Shown here: piece after piece, positions 45,801-60,800 of the stretch
Position numbering within the stretch: the first letter of the stretch is position 1
Layout of the letters: each line of letters begins with the position of its first letter
From: Tubiluchus corallicola
Lineage: Eukaryota; Animalia; Priapulida
Direction of reading: 5' to 3'
NCBI GenBank assembly: GCA_030141605.1
Contig: JAQGDQ010001083.1
Coordinates: 1 to 64,000 of the forward strand
Length of the DNA stretch: 64,000 nucleotides
Translations under genes and position numbers: made by a program
Notes under the pieces: generated by a model
The model's database searches: none
What the model was told of the DNA's origin: nothing
The model's input: only the letters and a program-made list of their open reading frames with translations

Positions 45801-48800
45801 ATCCTCTAGATTTGTTGACAGTCATAGATTAGCTTCTGGATAGTCTGTCAAAACAAATCTTATGTAAATATTTACGTGTTATTTTCCTAAAATTCATTAA
45901 ACCGTAAACAAGTACTCATTGGCAGCGTGCCAACTTTGTAACATTCCCGCGAACGACTCACCGTTTACTCATGCCAATCGCGATCTCGATAGTTCCCAAG
46001 TCAAACTTGCTTTCTGGTTCGCACATGCTGCCGTCTTCACGTTTATCGTTGTTCGAGTAAACAAGCTTTGACCTTGAGTTTTGACCTTGACTGACATGTG
46101 ACGTGCACGTGTAAACGCTATCACAACAAAGATGACCTAGATTTGATTCCTTTACCATGTATCTGTTATCCAAATTATAGCAAATTGTGTCAAATCGAAT
46201 ATCCCTAGCTTGTCTAAACTCTTGGCTACCTTAAAGCACAAGAAAACTCTCCACTTACATAAAGCTTTTAAAAAAATCGTCTTGAAATTTTATGCCACTT
46301 ACGTTTTTGCCTGCAGGTGTTGCGTCGGCAGTAACGCTGCATAAAACCTGTAAATTTAAACTCCCACGATGACCGTTAGATGCAGCCATTTTGACGATAA
46401 GTCGTTTGAAACAAGTTTAAATAAGACTGAGTAAAGTTTGAAAAAATAATCAGAGCATTCGTAGTGCACATGTTGCTAATTAAATATAATTTTAAATTAC
46501 TGCACCTTGTCAATATGATTAAAAATACGTTTTTGGTTAGTGACTGGCGCACCCTGGAGGGTGAGTCAGCAACATTTTACTACTTGGCATGAACATTTTA
46601 AATTATTAGTCTAGTTACCTAAGTCTTTCTAGCAGGTAAGTGAAATGCTAAATAATACAGATTAGCATGGAAAGTTTCTTGGGACATAATTTAACATTTC
46701 CTTTTCTTCCCCTGATTTACGTTTGGTACATGACGTCATGTAATGGCGCCGTCGGAATAATATTGCAGGAGATTTAAAATGAAAACAAACTAAAATTCCT
46801 TCAATGCGAGTACGATATGTGCATAAAATTGCTGTGTTGTAGTATAATTTTTTAAGGCGATTTTTCTGAAACCTACTTCAGGTACCGTTTTCCTGTCCTT
46901 TAAGTATCTCTTGTTTTTGCTTTAAAGGGAAAGACAGCGGAATTTTGAAGTATATCTGGAACAATATTCCATATATTGTATATAGTCATATATAGTATAC
47001 AGTTTGTGCAAAGGCAGGCGTCTACCCTTGCGCGTCAAGCACATCTGCATAAGTGTTACAGTACTGTTCAAAAGCATGATGACACGAAAAATGAGCTTTA
47101 CATCATATGACGTCAGAAACTAACACCGCAGTTCATGATCATGGTTATCACGGTACCACCTTCTATTTGTCGGTCACGTGAACGTGACAAAAAGTGCCGT
47201 TGCCAGTCTTAGTAGATTCACTGAGCCGCACGTAGCTTTGAAAGTTTAACGAAATTTGAGTATCAGAGGTAATTATTATTTAATTTAAACTTTGATTTTA
47301 AAAAAGTTATTGTAGTTTTCAATATTTTTAGAGCATTTTTTATTCCGAACTCATGTTTACACAATCATCCAGTTTTCCTTTAAGTTATATAGTGAATGGT
47401 TCAGAGTAACTGGTGGGATGTACGATTTGTTGTGACCTCACTTAAATATATAATGTAATATTAAGTAAGTACTTATAGCATTTGTTAGTTCGTTGCTCTT
47501 TTTGAACACCCTGTATACATATAGTACGGTCATTTTATCCCTTCTTCACATGTGATCAGTTTCTTAGTTTCGTGACATTAGCATTTTACCCTTGCAAATC
47601 TAGGCCTTATCTGTCTTATAGTGGTAATTGGTTTTGTTAATACCAGGTGACCGGTCAACATGTTTGTGTTGACCACTGTCCATGATTTAGGCTTGCATTA
47701 GTCGCACTCGGTTTGCACCGTGTGTGAATGTTGCTATGCTTTATTTCTGTTACTCACAAACAAAGTTCAGACTTTGGTCGTGAGAGAATGTAGGGCCTCC
47801 TGCACTTCTTCTGAACAACGTCGTTGGAGATTTTTCTTCGCCGAAAAAAAATCGACGTCACATGCCAGGTTATCTTATTTACCTTGGTCTGTAATCTCTT
47901 AGTGACGTCATGTCTAATTGATGTTTGATTAACTTTGTACAGTTCATTAAGTGGGGCCCTGGGCAAAGTTTAAGCAGTGGAATAATTTGCTATTTCGCTT
48001 TGTTGGCTTGCTAGTTTGGATTGTTCTCATATTCGTGTTAGCAGAACTTTGACCGTTGATTGTGCTGCCATGCAAGTTTCAACTTGCACAATAATTTGTG
48101 TAAAGTCAACCTCGGGTATAACGTACTCGCTTATAAGGGACCACTTACACCGGTCTCAATTTTTCGTAACGTTTTTCCTATGTAAAAATCTTCGTATATT
48201 AGGTACTCGGATATAAGGGACTTTCGGTTATAAGGGACGATATCTTCATGTCCCCACATAATAGAAACCTAGGTAAATTACCTCGCATATAAGGGACCCT
48301 ATGATCAAAGCGAAATTGATTGATTTTTAACCTCAATTTTTCGCAAACTCGGCCTTCGAACAGCTCGGTGTCCGCAGTCACATACATCTCACGTCACTGA
48401 AGGAGCTTCCTACATACTGTTTGTATTGAATGTGTAGCAATAATCCATAAAAATGTGGGTAAAAGTACAGGTCTAGATACACCCTCGGTCTGACTCAACT
48501 TTGGCTATAATGGACATCAGATATAAGAGACGGTTTTTTCCGGTCCGGGGGAGTCCCTTATATCTGAGTTTGACTGTATATTTCATCAGTAATAGAAATT
48601 GCTGTTCAAATTTGAATTTATTTAGATTTTTGGTTAAATTGTTATGCGACAAATGTCAAGGGTCAAAATGATTGAGACCCCCCCCCAGCTAACAAAATGT
48701 TGATGTTCTGATTATTTTTTCAAACTTCTTCAGACGACTTACCGTTAAAAAATGGCTGCTTCTAACCGTAACTGTTTAAAGGCGGAAGTTTAAATTTACA

Positions 48801-51800
48801 AGTTTTTTTGCAGTGTTGCTACTAATGCAAGCTCTACGTGCAATAAGGCAGCATGTAAGTGGTGTCAAATTCCAAGCTTTGGTTCATTAGAGGACAAGAA
48901 AAGGGGTACATGAAGGTTTCAGAAAAATCACCTAAAAATTACATTACTTTAAAGCAATTTTATGCATATATCGTACTCGCGTTGATAGGAATTTTTGTTT
49001 GTTTTCATTTTAAATTTCCTGCAATACTGTTCTGACGGCGCCATTACATGACGTCACACACACACATATATGTATAATAATCTTTATTTGCCATTAAAAT
49101 ACATTGATAATCACTGATAAAAACTTTACAGAGATAATCAATCAGTGTTAGTTAATAAAAACTTACACTGTTGAAGGCAAATGCGGCAGTGCAATCTAAA
49201 CTACTGTGCAGTAATGGAAAGTAACGACGAATAAAATCAAACGTATTTACAACTATGCACAAAAAAATGAAAAAAACTATGATTTAATTAATATGGCCAT
49301 GGATATATGAATTCTGAATTAGTGTGTATGTTGTCGTACTGGTGTGATGGTATTTCACATCTGGTTAATATTAGTGATTTTAATTTTGTTTTAAATGCTG
49401 ATAGGGACTTGATTTGTTTAACCTGTAATGGTAGAGAATTCCAAAGTAGAATTGCTTGTTTGATTACAGAGTTCGTTCCGTAGTGGGTATTTGTCCTAAT
49501 TTGTTTTAGATTGCTTGTTCTGGAATTAATGATAGGATTTGGAAAAAAGGTAAATCTGTTATTCTGGAATGGTTTGCTGATGTTGTTAATGTATTTAAAT
49601 ATAAAAAGCAGAGTAAAATATTCTTTGTGTGCTTCAATGATTGGGAATTTTAAAGTTTTTCTCAGGTTAGTTGTTGAAGCTTTGAATTTTTGTCTACCTG
49701 CCTTACGTTTGTATGAGTACCCAGCTATAAATCTCAACGCATAGTTCTGAAGGAGATTTAATTTTAAGTAATTTTCTCTTTTGGTTTTTTGAAGTAGCGT
49801 ACATCCATATAAGAAGTGCGGTAGAACTAAAGTTTTATATATTAGTGTCTTAGTTTCCTTTGTTAGTTGCCCTTTAAGCACAACGTAAATCAAGGGAAGA
49901 AATTGTCCAAAAACTTTCCATGCAAAGCTATATTCCTTAGCATTTCACTTACTTACATAACTACAAAAGACAAGTATTGATTATGTAAAATGCATAACAC
50001 CATTTAGTAAAATGTTGCTGACTCACCCTCCAGGGTGCACCACTCACTAAACAAAAACATATTTTTAAACTTATTGACAAGATGAAGTAATTTCAAATTT
50101 TACTTAACAACATGTATGCTACGAATGCTCTGATTGTTTTTTCAAACTTTACGCAATGTCATCAAAACTTGTTTCAAATGACCTACGCAATAAAATGGCT
50201 GCGCCTAACGGTCATCGCGGGAGTTTAAATTTACATGTTTTATACAGTGTTACTGCCCAGGCAAGTCCTGTATGCAAAAAGGCAGCATGTAAGTGATATA
50301 AAACTTCAAAATGAATTTTTTAAGCTTTATGTCTATGAAGGGTTTTCTTGTGCTTTAAGGCACCCTTGTCTGGTTATATTTCATCTTCTCTATAGATTAT
50401 TATTCTGAGAACAATCTTTTGTCTTGTTGTGATTATGTCATCGTGTAATCTTCTTACAATCAAAGCTCCTTAATCATGTAGAATAAACCGCAATTGTATA
50501 CAGGATGGAGGAAGTTATTGACCCCTCCCCCATATGGAAGAATCCGGAAGGAATAAAACCTGGATTGTGTTTTCAACAAAGAACTTCGTCGTCTGCGATC
50601 TGTGATAAAACGACGGACATTGTTTGTCGAGCATGATTGGAGAATGTTCTTAAACAAACTTGGTGTTGTAACCCCTTTTTCTTTTGACTCTCCGGCGATG
50701 GAAAAATGATGAGAATTAAAAAAATAGATTAAAACAGTTTTAACATTATCATCAGCTATTTAAAAAACTTGCTTGTCTACTTATGTATAAAAAGCTAATT
50801 TAAAAATGACAACTTTATCATCGATTTTTAAAAAACATTCATGTCTACTTATGTATGAAAAGCTAATTTAAAAAATGACATAACTTTATACAGAACTTAT
50901 AAAAACATACATGTCTACTTATGTATAAAAAGCTAATTTAAAAAATGACATAACTTTATCATCAACTTTAAAAAAACATACATGTCTACTTATGTATGAA
51001 AAGCTAATTTAAAAAATGACATAACTTTATCATGAACTTATAAAAAACATACATGTCTACTTATGTATAAAAAGCTAATTTAAAAAATGACACAAAACTT
51101 TATCATTTATCTAAAAATCTTGAAGGTCTACTTGTGTACCAGAAAGGTAAATTAAAATAGTAATAACATTATTATTAACTATAAAAAAAGCAGCATACAT
51201 TTCTACTTTCAACTTTAGTGTCTGACTTTTCTCGACCTCACGACTTAGGTTGTTTTGACTAATTTCACTTTTGTTAACCCGAAGATAAGTATCATTTGGT
51301 TCAACTACGGATATTTTGTCACAAGAGTTTAAAGGCCTGTTTCACCTCTAGTTGGTTGTTTACCAGAATTCATGGCTGCTTTGGTGTAGTGCATAGAAGA
51401 GCATGGAAAGTCACTGACCCCCGCTCTGAGCAGGCGAACTGACGTTATTTTTTTCAAGGGGTTGAATGTCGCCGTGGATCAACATTCGCCCTTGTGCTGT
51501 GCCGTCGATCTTTGATCGACAACAAATTGCGTCTAATGATTGAAATCTCGATGATATCACCGCGTGTGAACGACCAACCTTGCCGAACTCTTCGTCTAAA
51601 GTTCAGTTCACAAGGTTAGACCCTTTTTTGGGGTGTATCTAGGCACTGATTCATATCTCAGAGATGTTTTGCGCAAAAGAACCTCTCGTAAAACCAACCT
51701 TAGTGTTTATAATAAAAGCAAAAAATTCCACGATAACTGTTATTTCTTATTTCACTCTTGACAAAGTGTGAAAGGACCCTTATTATTTCTTTATTACTGC

Positions 51801-54800
51801 TTTGCAAAGCGCTTTGTTTAGCCTTATTATGATGTATGTCCAACAAACCTGATTAAGATACAGTTTACAAAAAAAAACGTGTGTCAATTCATAATAGCAC
51901 ATTTGTATCATGCATTTCATACATGTTTAGCTACATGGAATCCAGGTAAAAAAGTCACAGGTAAAAAAGTCACAGGAACAAAGTCACACAGAAAAAAGAA
52001 ATGACCATAACCCCTAATCCTAACCTAACCATAGGCAAAATTAATTTTGAGTTTTTTCTGTACCTTTTCCCTAGCCAAAATTGTGACATGAAACATGACA
52101 TCTGCTTGTGACTTTACTACAGGTCAATTGAATTCTTTTTCAATTCAATTTAATCAATTTATTCCGCATAATAAACAAACGCTCACAAGTACATTTGTAT
52201 AAATAATATTTTCTTTGATACAACAAAATTAAGATATAAATTAAGATACAAATTTTAGGAAGAAAGCTTATATTAGTCCACTAGAACTAGTAACAACATA
52301 TTTATAATAGTTAGTGTGGTTTAGAGTGGGTGTTAGTAGTATTTCATAATTACGACGTAAACAACTGATGTACGATATAGAGAAATGATAAATAAATGCT
52401 TTAACACATTCACCAAGCATTTGTGAATGGAACAACACTTGATTAGACTATATGCAGGTTGCACTGCAGATATACAGGGTGTCTATAACGTCTCTTTACA
52501 GTTTGGAAAATTTATTACAAAGGCAGTTGATAAGATTTGTTAACTAGATTTCTTCTAATATAATCAGTGGTTGTCAAAGTTTTTTTATCTTATTTAATAC
52601 ACCTCTATATGGCCGCCATTAATTGCACAAAGCACATCAAGGCGGTACACGATTTTCTGCCATGTTACTAATTACATGAGACGCTTATTGCAGTTTTATT
52701 ACCAAATCCTCCTAGCATTTTTTGCGAACATTGAAATGAACCTGACCTCTCAAAAGACTTGACCTTTCCTTTAATATTTATGCCAGGGTAGATTTCCCAG
52801 GAAAGACGTGTATCGGTCGACAATGCCCTATTGTCTTTCTTCCTCTTTCTTTGATTTTCTTGTTATTGTTTCGATTTTATGTTACAGGTCTGCGAGGAAC
52901 GTACATGTGCCACGTTTACGACTTCTACAAACCCGACATGTCTTCTGAATATCCGGTGGTCGACGGGAAGTTGTCCATTCAGTGTTACCTGCGAGCACTG
53001 GACAACTGCTTCCAGCAATACCGGGCCAAAGCACAAACTCAAATGGACAAGGGTAGGTGGCCAGTGGTCAGTAAAATTCAGGGATGAGAATTTTCCGTGG
53101 ATACGCGGAATTCCGAGTTTTTGGAAGACCAGTAGTGCCATTTTTGTAAATCGTGTAAATTCGTTGAGAAAATTTTTACGGACCCAGTACATTATTTCAC
53201 AAACTGACCGCTAGGTGGCAGGCCGTCACTTTGTATACATCACGTACATCAGTGTAACCACGTGTTTATCTCTATGTATAAAAATATAGAATCAATTGTG
53301 CAGAGTTATTTGAGTCAATTGCAGACAGTTTTTATATACTTTTGCATAGGAGCGGCCAGTACTTAGGCATTTTTGAGACAATTAGGTATCATGTATCCTT
53401 GATAGTTGGGTATTTTAAATTATGCATGAAACAAGGTAATTGATATTTTAAGTCCACTTAGAGGCTCTCTACAGTCACAAAATTGCAATTTGTTGCTGGC
53501 TCCAATGGGGTTTCGCCCCCCTCCCCCATGGGGGCCTACGCAGCCCCCGAACCTCCGGCCTGTTTCAGAGTTTTTTGCAATTTGTCATTCTCATCCCTGA
53601 AAGTATTATAATCTTTATATAACACGTGAGGTAAAAATTTAATTATCTAACTATTTCATCTCTATGTTAACCTTGTTTTTGATAACGGGCGTTGGGTTTT
53701 GTTTGTAAGTCTCTATTCAGACTGATTAGTTTCCTATAGTCAGCAGTTTTGTTGTTTACGGACGAGCCGCCTGTGTTGGTTTTGATATGCCGCTCAAGGG
53801 TAAAGAGTTAACTTGATTCTCTTTTGGTGTTATCTCTTCTTCCGTGGTAAGACATTCTATTCACTGTAATGTACTCACTATTCACTATTATGTATGACAT
53901 AAGACGTTCTGTTCACCGTATGACATAAGACGTTCTGTTCACCGTATGACATAAGACGTTCCGTTCACCGTATGACATGAGACGTTCCGTTCACCGTATG
54001 ACATGAGACGTTCTGTTCACCGTATGACATAAGACGTTCTGTTCACCGTATGACATGAGACGTTCTGTTCACCGTATGACATAAGACGTTCCGTTCACCG
54101 TATGACATAAGACGTTCTGTTCACCGTATGACATGAGACATTCCGTTCACCGTATGACATAAGACGTTCCGTTCACCGTATGACATAAGACGTTCCGTTC
54201 ACCCTATGACATAAGACGTTCCGTTCACTGTATGACATGAGACGTTCTGTTCACCGTATGACATAAGACGTTCCGTTCACCGTATGACATAAGACGTTCC
54301 GTTCACCGTATGACATAAGACGTTCCGTTCACCCTATGACATGAGACGTTCCGTTCACCGTATGACATGAGACGTTCTTTTCACCGTATGACATGAGACG
54401 TTCTGTTCACCGTATGACATCAGATGTTCCGTTCACAGTATGACATTAGACATTCCGTTCACCCTATGACATAATACATTCCGTTCACCCTATGACATAA
54501 GACGTTCCGCTCACCGTATGACATAAGACGTTCTTTTCACCCTATGACATAAGATGTTCTGTTCACCGTATGACATAAGACGTTCTGTTCGTCTAGACGT
54601 TCTGTTCATCATATGACATCAGATGTTCCGTTCACAGTATGACGTAAGACGTTCCGTTCACCCTATGACATGAGACGTTCCGTTCACCCTATGACATAAG
54701 ACGTTCCGTTCACCGTATGACATGAGACGTTCTTTTCACCCTATGACATAAGATGTTCTGTTCACCGTATGACATAAGACGTTCTGTTCGTCTAGACGTT

Positions 54801-57800
54801 CTGTTCATCATATGACATCAGATGTTCCGTTCACAGTATGACGTAAGACGTTCCGTTCACCCTATGACATGAGACGTTCCGTTCACCCTATGACATAAGA
54901 CGTTCCGTTCACCGTATGACATGAGACGTTCTTTTCACCCTATGACATAAGATGTTCTGTTCACCGTATGACATAAGACGTTCTGTTCGTCTAGACGTTC
55001 TGTTCATCATATGACATCAGATGTTCCGTTCACAGTATGACGTAAGACGTTCCGTTCACCCTATGACATGAGACGTTCCGTTCACCCTATGACATAAGAT
55101 GTTCTGTTCACCGTATGACATAAGACGTTCTGTTCGTCATATGACATCAGGCATTCCGTTCACCGTATGACATGAGGCGTTCCGTTCACCATATGACGTA
55201 AGACGTTCCGTTCATCTAGACGTTCTGTTTGTCATATGACATAGTTGCTTCAATGTTTAAGATCTTAGGTACCAATCATTGTTCCACCGGTGGAAAAGTT
55301 TCTGAATCGCTGAGGAACAATTAATAAAAACAGTGAATTTTTATTAGCGCTTTGAACATAATTCCAGTCATTCTATCTGGTTTTTAAGTAAAGTTTTTAT
55401 TATAATGCTGAAGATAGGTTTCTTTTAGTACAGATCATTCTCTGATCAGTATGTGTGAGCATCGAACATTCGAATTCAATTCGAACGATTTTTTTTCTTA
55501 TAATTCAATTCGAACGAATTTTTTCCTTAGAATTCAATTCGAACGAATTTTCTCCTTAGAATTCAATTCGAACGAATTTTCTCCTTAGAATTCAATTCGA
55601 ACGATTTTTTCGCTCAGAATTTGGTTCGAACCTAAAATTATTATGTTTTGTATCATGGATCACAATTTAGCTGTTGGGCACAATTTTTAAACAAATTATT
55701 AGATATTTAGCTAGTACCAACATAAGGGAATCTTGCAGTTGTGCATTTATATTTTCCCCTTTCTGTTCGAAATAGAGTCTTAGAATGCAGCGATTAGTAT
55801 AAAAATGACATTTTGTTAATTCAATTCAATTTCAATTTATTTATCTCTTTATAATGTTACAATAAAACATGATTAATAAAAGAATCGCTAATAAGTTTTG
55901 AAGAATGGTTGAAATGTATAGATAGATCTAGAACTAGAGAAAGGATAGTGAAAATACAATTCAATTCAATTTCAATTTATTTATCTCTTTATAGTGCTAC
56001 AATGAAACATGATTAATATAAAAGAATCGCTAATAAGTTTTGAAGTATGGTTAAAATGAATAGATAGATCTAGAACTAGAGAAAGGATAGCGAAAAGACA
56101 ATTCAATTTAATTTTAATTTATTTATCTCTTTATAATACTACAATAAAACATGATTAATATAAAAGAATCGCTAATAAGTTTTGAAGAATGGTTAAAATG
56201 TATAGATAGATCTAGAACTAGAGAAAGGATAGCGAAAAGACTATAAAGTCACCTAGTCTGCTATCCTTTACCGAATATAGATAAAAAGATTTTTAGACAC
56301 TGGTGGGCATTAATGTTATCAGTTTAATTTAGGAAACATTAGTAATTTTTAAAATTATGATATTTTCTATATAATTCAGAGTAACGAAAATACATGTAGT
56401 TTAATTAGCGGGCAACAAAATAAGGTCAATCTTGCATTAATTAATATTAAGGCATTTAACTAGATTTTGTCGACTTTTGCTTGGCACAGTTTGTAGCATA
56501 CGTGACTTGGGCTGTTCGTTTACATAGAAGTTGACTCATAATTCACCTGTGTGCAAACTTACTTGTTGTTCAAATTACATTTACCTGTTGATTAGCCGCC
56601 AGGTACCTAATGCAGGTACAAAGACCCGAGAGAAGTTTAATCTTTGCATTGCTTCGGTCGAGTTTTTGGAACTCGGCCAACTGATCAGAGACCAATGTCC
56701 ACCTGTGTTCACTAATGCATTGGTAATGTACGTGGTCATCTAGTCTTCTGTTTTGCTGAGGCATTGCGAAGATTTAACGATAAGGCGTGTTTAGACTTTC
56801 ACAATTCGTCAACGCTTGCGAGTAACTGTCATGCAAAAATTAACGAAAAAAATTATTGCGTTCAGCCTTGTCTGTCTTTATAAAGTATTTTGAGGACTTT
56901 TGTTTTGGCATTTGTTTGCTGACCCACTACTGATGGTGAGCTTTTGTGAGCATAGAGCAAATTAAAAATTAAAATTAGGAACTCAGAAATTAAAGGAGAA
57001 GACAAGGGAATTTAATAGTGCGTCCCAAAAACATTTCACACAATGTTGTATTATTTAGCATTACGCTTACCTGAAAGAGTTGTGTGACTACAAAAAATTT
57101 AACATGTTTGCACGAAATGGTAAAACGTCACTGCATCGCCATCCCAGTGTGCAGCACTGGCTCACCAAAACCCATTATTGATCTTATTTGCTTAGTCAAT
57201 GGAGTGTGTGCTACAAATACTCTTACTTGATAATAATAAACTAAAACTCCATTCTTTCAAACTTTAATGCACATTATCTTTAATGTTATCTGAAGTTGTT
57301 TCAAACGACAAACGAGTTTTAGTTTGCATGTCGTTATAGAGTTGAATTTTACCACCTGGCTTCATTTTTAATAAAGATAAAAATATTCGTTTTGAAATTT
57401 TATAACACGTAAGTACTGTCTTATGGCATACAGAGCTTGTATTAACAGTAATGATGTATAAAACATGCAAATTTAAACTCCCACGATGACCGTTAGGTGC
57501 AGCCATCTTGATGGTAAGTCGTTTGAAACAACTTCAAATGACTGGGCTCTTGTGACTGTTATTCAACATCTTGTTAAAGCGCGATGTCATGAATATCACT
57601 GACAGCCAGCGTTATTGATATTTAACACACTTGAGTGACAGTAATGAGTGAAAAGTGGCAGTGACAGTACGGATGCGTGAAGAATTGAAAATTTGCAGTA
57701 ATTGCTCGTTAGCACCCATCCTCCAGGAATATTAATGGCGACCGTTTTTTTGCAGATGGGAAAGGCAACGCATTTTCCCTGGATAACATTGACGTCATGT

Positions 57801-60800
57801 GCTTTCATTCTCCGTATTGCAAGCTAGTTCAGAAATCCGTCGCCAGGTTGGCCTTGAACGACTTCCTGTTGGACAAGCATCCAGACTTCACTAATCGATA
57901 CAAAGGCTTGGAGGCATTCAGGTATTTTGTGAGTTTTGTACCTTCGTTTTTGTAACTGTTGCGCTTAGACTTCCGATGTGCAGTTGACAATGATGTATCA
58001 CGTCGATCGTGATATGTCATGATCGTATACATCATGTCGATCGAAAATGAATCATAAAAACAGTAATAAATTATTTAGTTTTAATTCTGTGATTCAAAGA
58101 TTTTGAAAATTTGTCGCTCGATAAATTGTATTTTAAAGCAAAACCGGACCCAATCTTAAACTGCAAGTCAAAACTATCTACTATTTAAAATATTAAAAAA
58201 GAAAAAGACAGTTTTCTTCTAGAATGACTTACGTGGAAGAATTATTACCGCACAAACACAATTTCTCGTTCGCGCCACTAGTTCTTCACTGTTACATGCA
58301 TTTCACCATTTGTTAGTTAGACAGGCACTAGCGCCCTGCATTTCGGAAACGCATTGCGCATAAAACAAGTGCTGTAGCTCTCAGTTAACATGTTGGTTTG
58401 TGACGAACTACACACGTCCGACAGCTCATGCGTGAACACAGCGGTAAATTTGAAATTTGAATTTTTATCTTAAAACTTGCCTAGTTTTAGTACAACACAC
58501 TGAATATCTTACAGTAGCACTGTACTTCAATTTTCTCTTTCACAAACACGTGCAACACGCTCGTGGAATATTGTTGATGTTGAAAATTATGTTAGTTTGT
58601 GATGTCATCAGTAGTTGAGCTCGCCCGCCGTTAATTAAGTTTCTAATCTATTATTTAATCATCAGAAACACTTTTGCAGTGTTAATTGTGTTAAAATATA
58701 TACTTTTAATCAGACTTGAAAATGGGGTGTGATATGAAAAATCAACCTGTCTTTCTTTAAGCTATACCATGCCTTGGTACATAAGGCAGAGTTAAAGGTT
58801 CTTATAATTTATAAGGATAATTTTGAACTGTGCATTTCTTATTGGTTTCATTGACATGTCTGAACACGTTTTACAGAGATCTGAAGTTGGAAGACACGTA
58901 CTTCGACAGGGATGTAGAAAAAGCGTTCATGGCTCACAGCAGAGACATCTATGAGAGGAAAACGTTACCGACGTTGAGAGTGGCAAATCAAGTCGGAAAT
59001 ATGTACACGCCGTCTTTGTACGGTGGCCTGGTTTCGTTTCTCGGCTGGTAAGCGAACGTAGATTCGTTTTCATCCGGGTGGGTGTCTTGAGAGGGGAAGT
59101 CTTGAGAAGGGGGTTGTTAACCCTTTTGTGTTTTTATGAGATATTCTTAAACTTGTTGCTCTAAAAAACTTTTACTTATTGTGATTTTTTTTGGGTTGAA
59201 TTTTTCGATAACAGATGGCAGCACGGAAAGGGAGAATAAAATTTATACTTTGTAATATTACTGTACTGTTCTTTTGTTTTGTACGAAATTGTTGCTGATT
59301 CTGTACTCAACTGTTTGAGCAAAATAGGATTTTAGTAGCTCTTTTGCTTGTGAAAGTAAGAGAATGTTGTTGTTTATTTATTTATTTATTTACTGCTAAT
59401 TATTTATTTCAGCCTTTTTTCTTATTGCCACTAGATGGCTCTAGTGACTCTTTTTGCTTATACGACGTATTTGCAGGTTTGATGCACTAAAAACTGTTAC
59501 TTTCATGGATTTTTCACAAGCATTAGTTTGCTGTTATACGTTTAAATTTCTTGTTAATAGATGGCAGCATCTGGTTGTGCAGTATATTACTAAAATATTT
59601 ATCATATAGCTCTAATTTCTTTTTAGTTTATGTCAATTATATTCATTTATTTATATATTATATTTAATATATCATTATATGATTAATGTATTAATTAAAT
59701 TCATTTGTTGTTATACGTTTAAATTTCTTGTTAATAGATGGCAGCATCTGGTTTTGCAGTATATTACTAAAATATTTATAATATAGCTCTAATTTCTTTC
59801 TAGTTTATGTCAATTATATTCATTTATTTATATATTATATTTAATATATCATTATATGATTAATGTATTAATTAAATTCATTTGTTGTTATACGTTTAAA
59901 TTTCTTGTTAATAGATGGCAGCATCTGGTTTTGCAGTATATTACTAAAATATTTATAATATAGCTCTAATTTCTTTCTAGTTTATGTCAATTATATTCAT
60001 TTATTTATATATTATATTTAATATATCATTATATGATTAATGTATTAATTAAATTCATTTGTTGTTATACGTTTAAATTTCTTGTTAATAGATGGCAGCA
60101 TCTGGTTTTGCAGTATATTACAAAAATATTTATAATATAGCTATAATTTCTTTCTAGTTTATGTAAATTATATTCGTTTATTTATATATTATAATTAATA
60201 TATTATTATATGATTATAATATTAATTTGTCATTATATGTTTAAATTTATTGTTAATAGATGGCAGCAGAATATAATATAGCTCTAATTAATTTCCAGTT
60301 TATTTAAATTATATTTATTTATTTATATTATTATAATTTATGTATTATTATATGATTAATATATTAATGTGTCGTTATACGTTTAAATTTCTTGTTAATA
60401 GATGGCAGCATCTGGTTGTGTAGAATATTACGGAAATTTTTATAACATAGCTGTAATTCCTTTCTTGTTTTTGGCAAATTAGTATTTAATCTATACACAA
60501 CTGCTTACATAGAAATATAAAGAAACATTTTTGTTGTCTTTCTTCTTTGAAAAGCACAGCATTGTTATTTAAGTGCTTACATAGCAAAATGGTCCACAAT
60601 TCGGCAGTTAAGCTTTTCTAGTTATTTACATTTTCTGAATCTTCATTTCATGAGGATCATTTTGATACCAAGTTCATCACTCTATGTTATTTCTAAGCTG
60701 AGATAATCCACGTTGAAGTTGAGCTGCAGGCTGCACACTGAAAAACTTAATCTTGAGAAAATCACTGTTAAAGTCAGCCATTGTTTTTGGTCACACGTTT

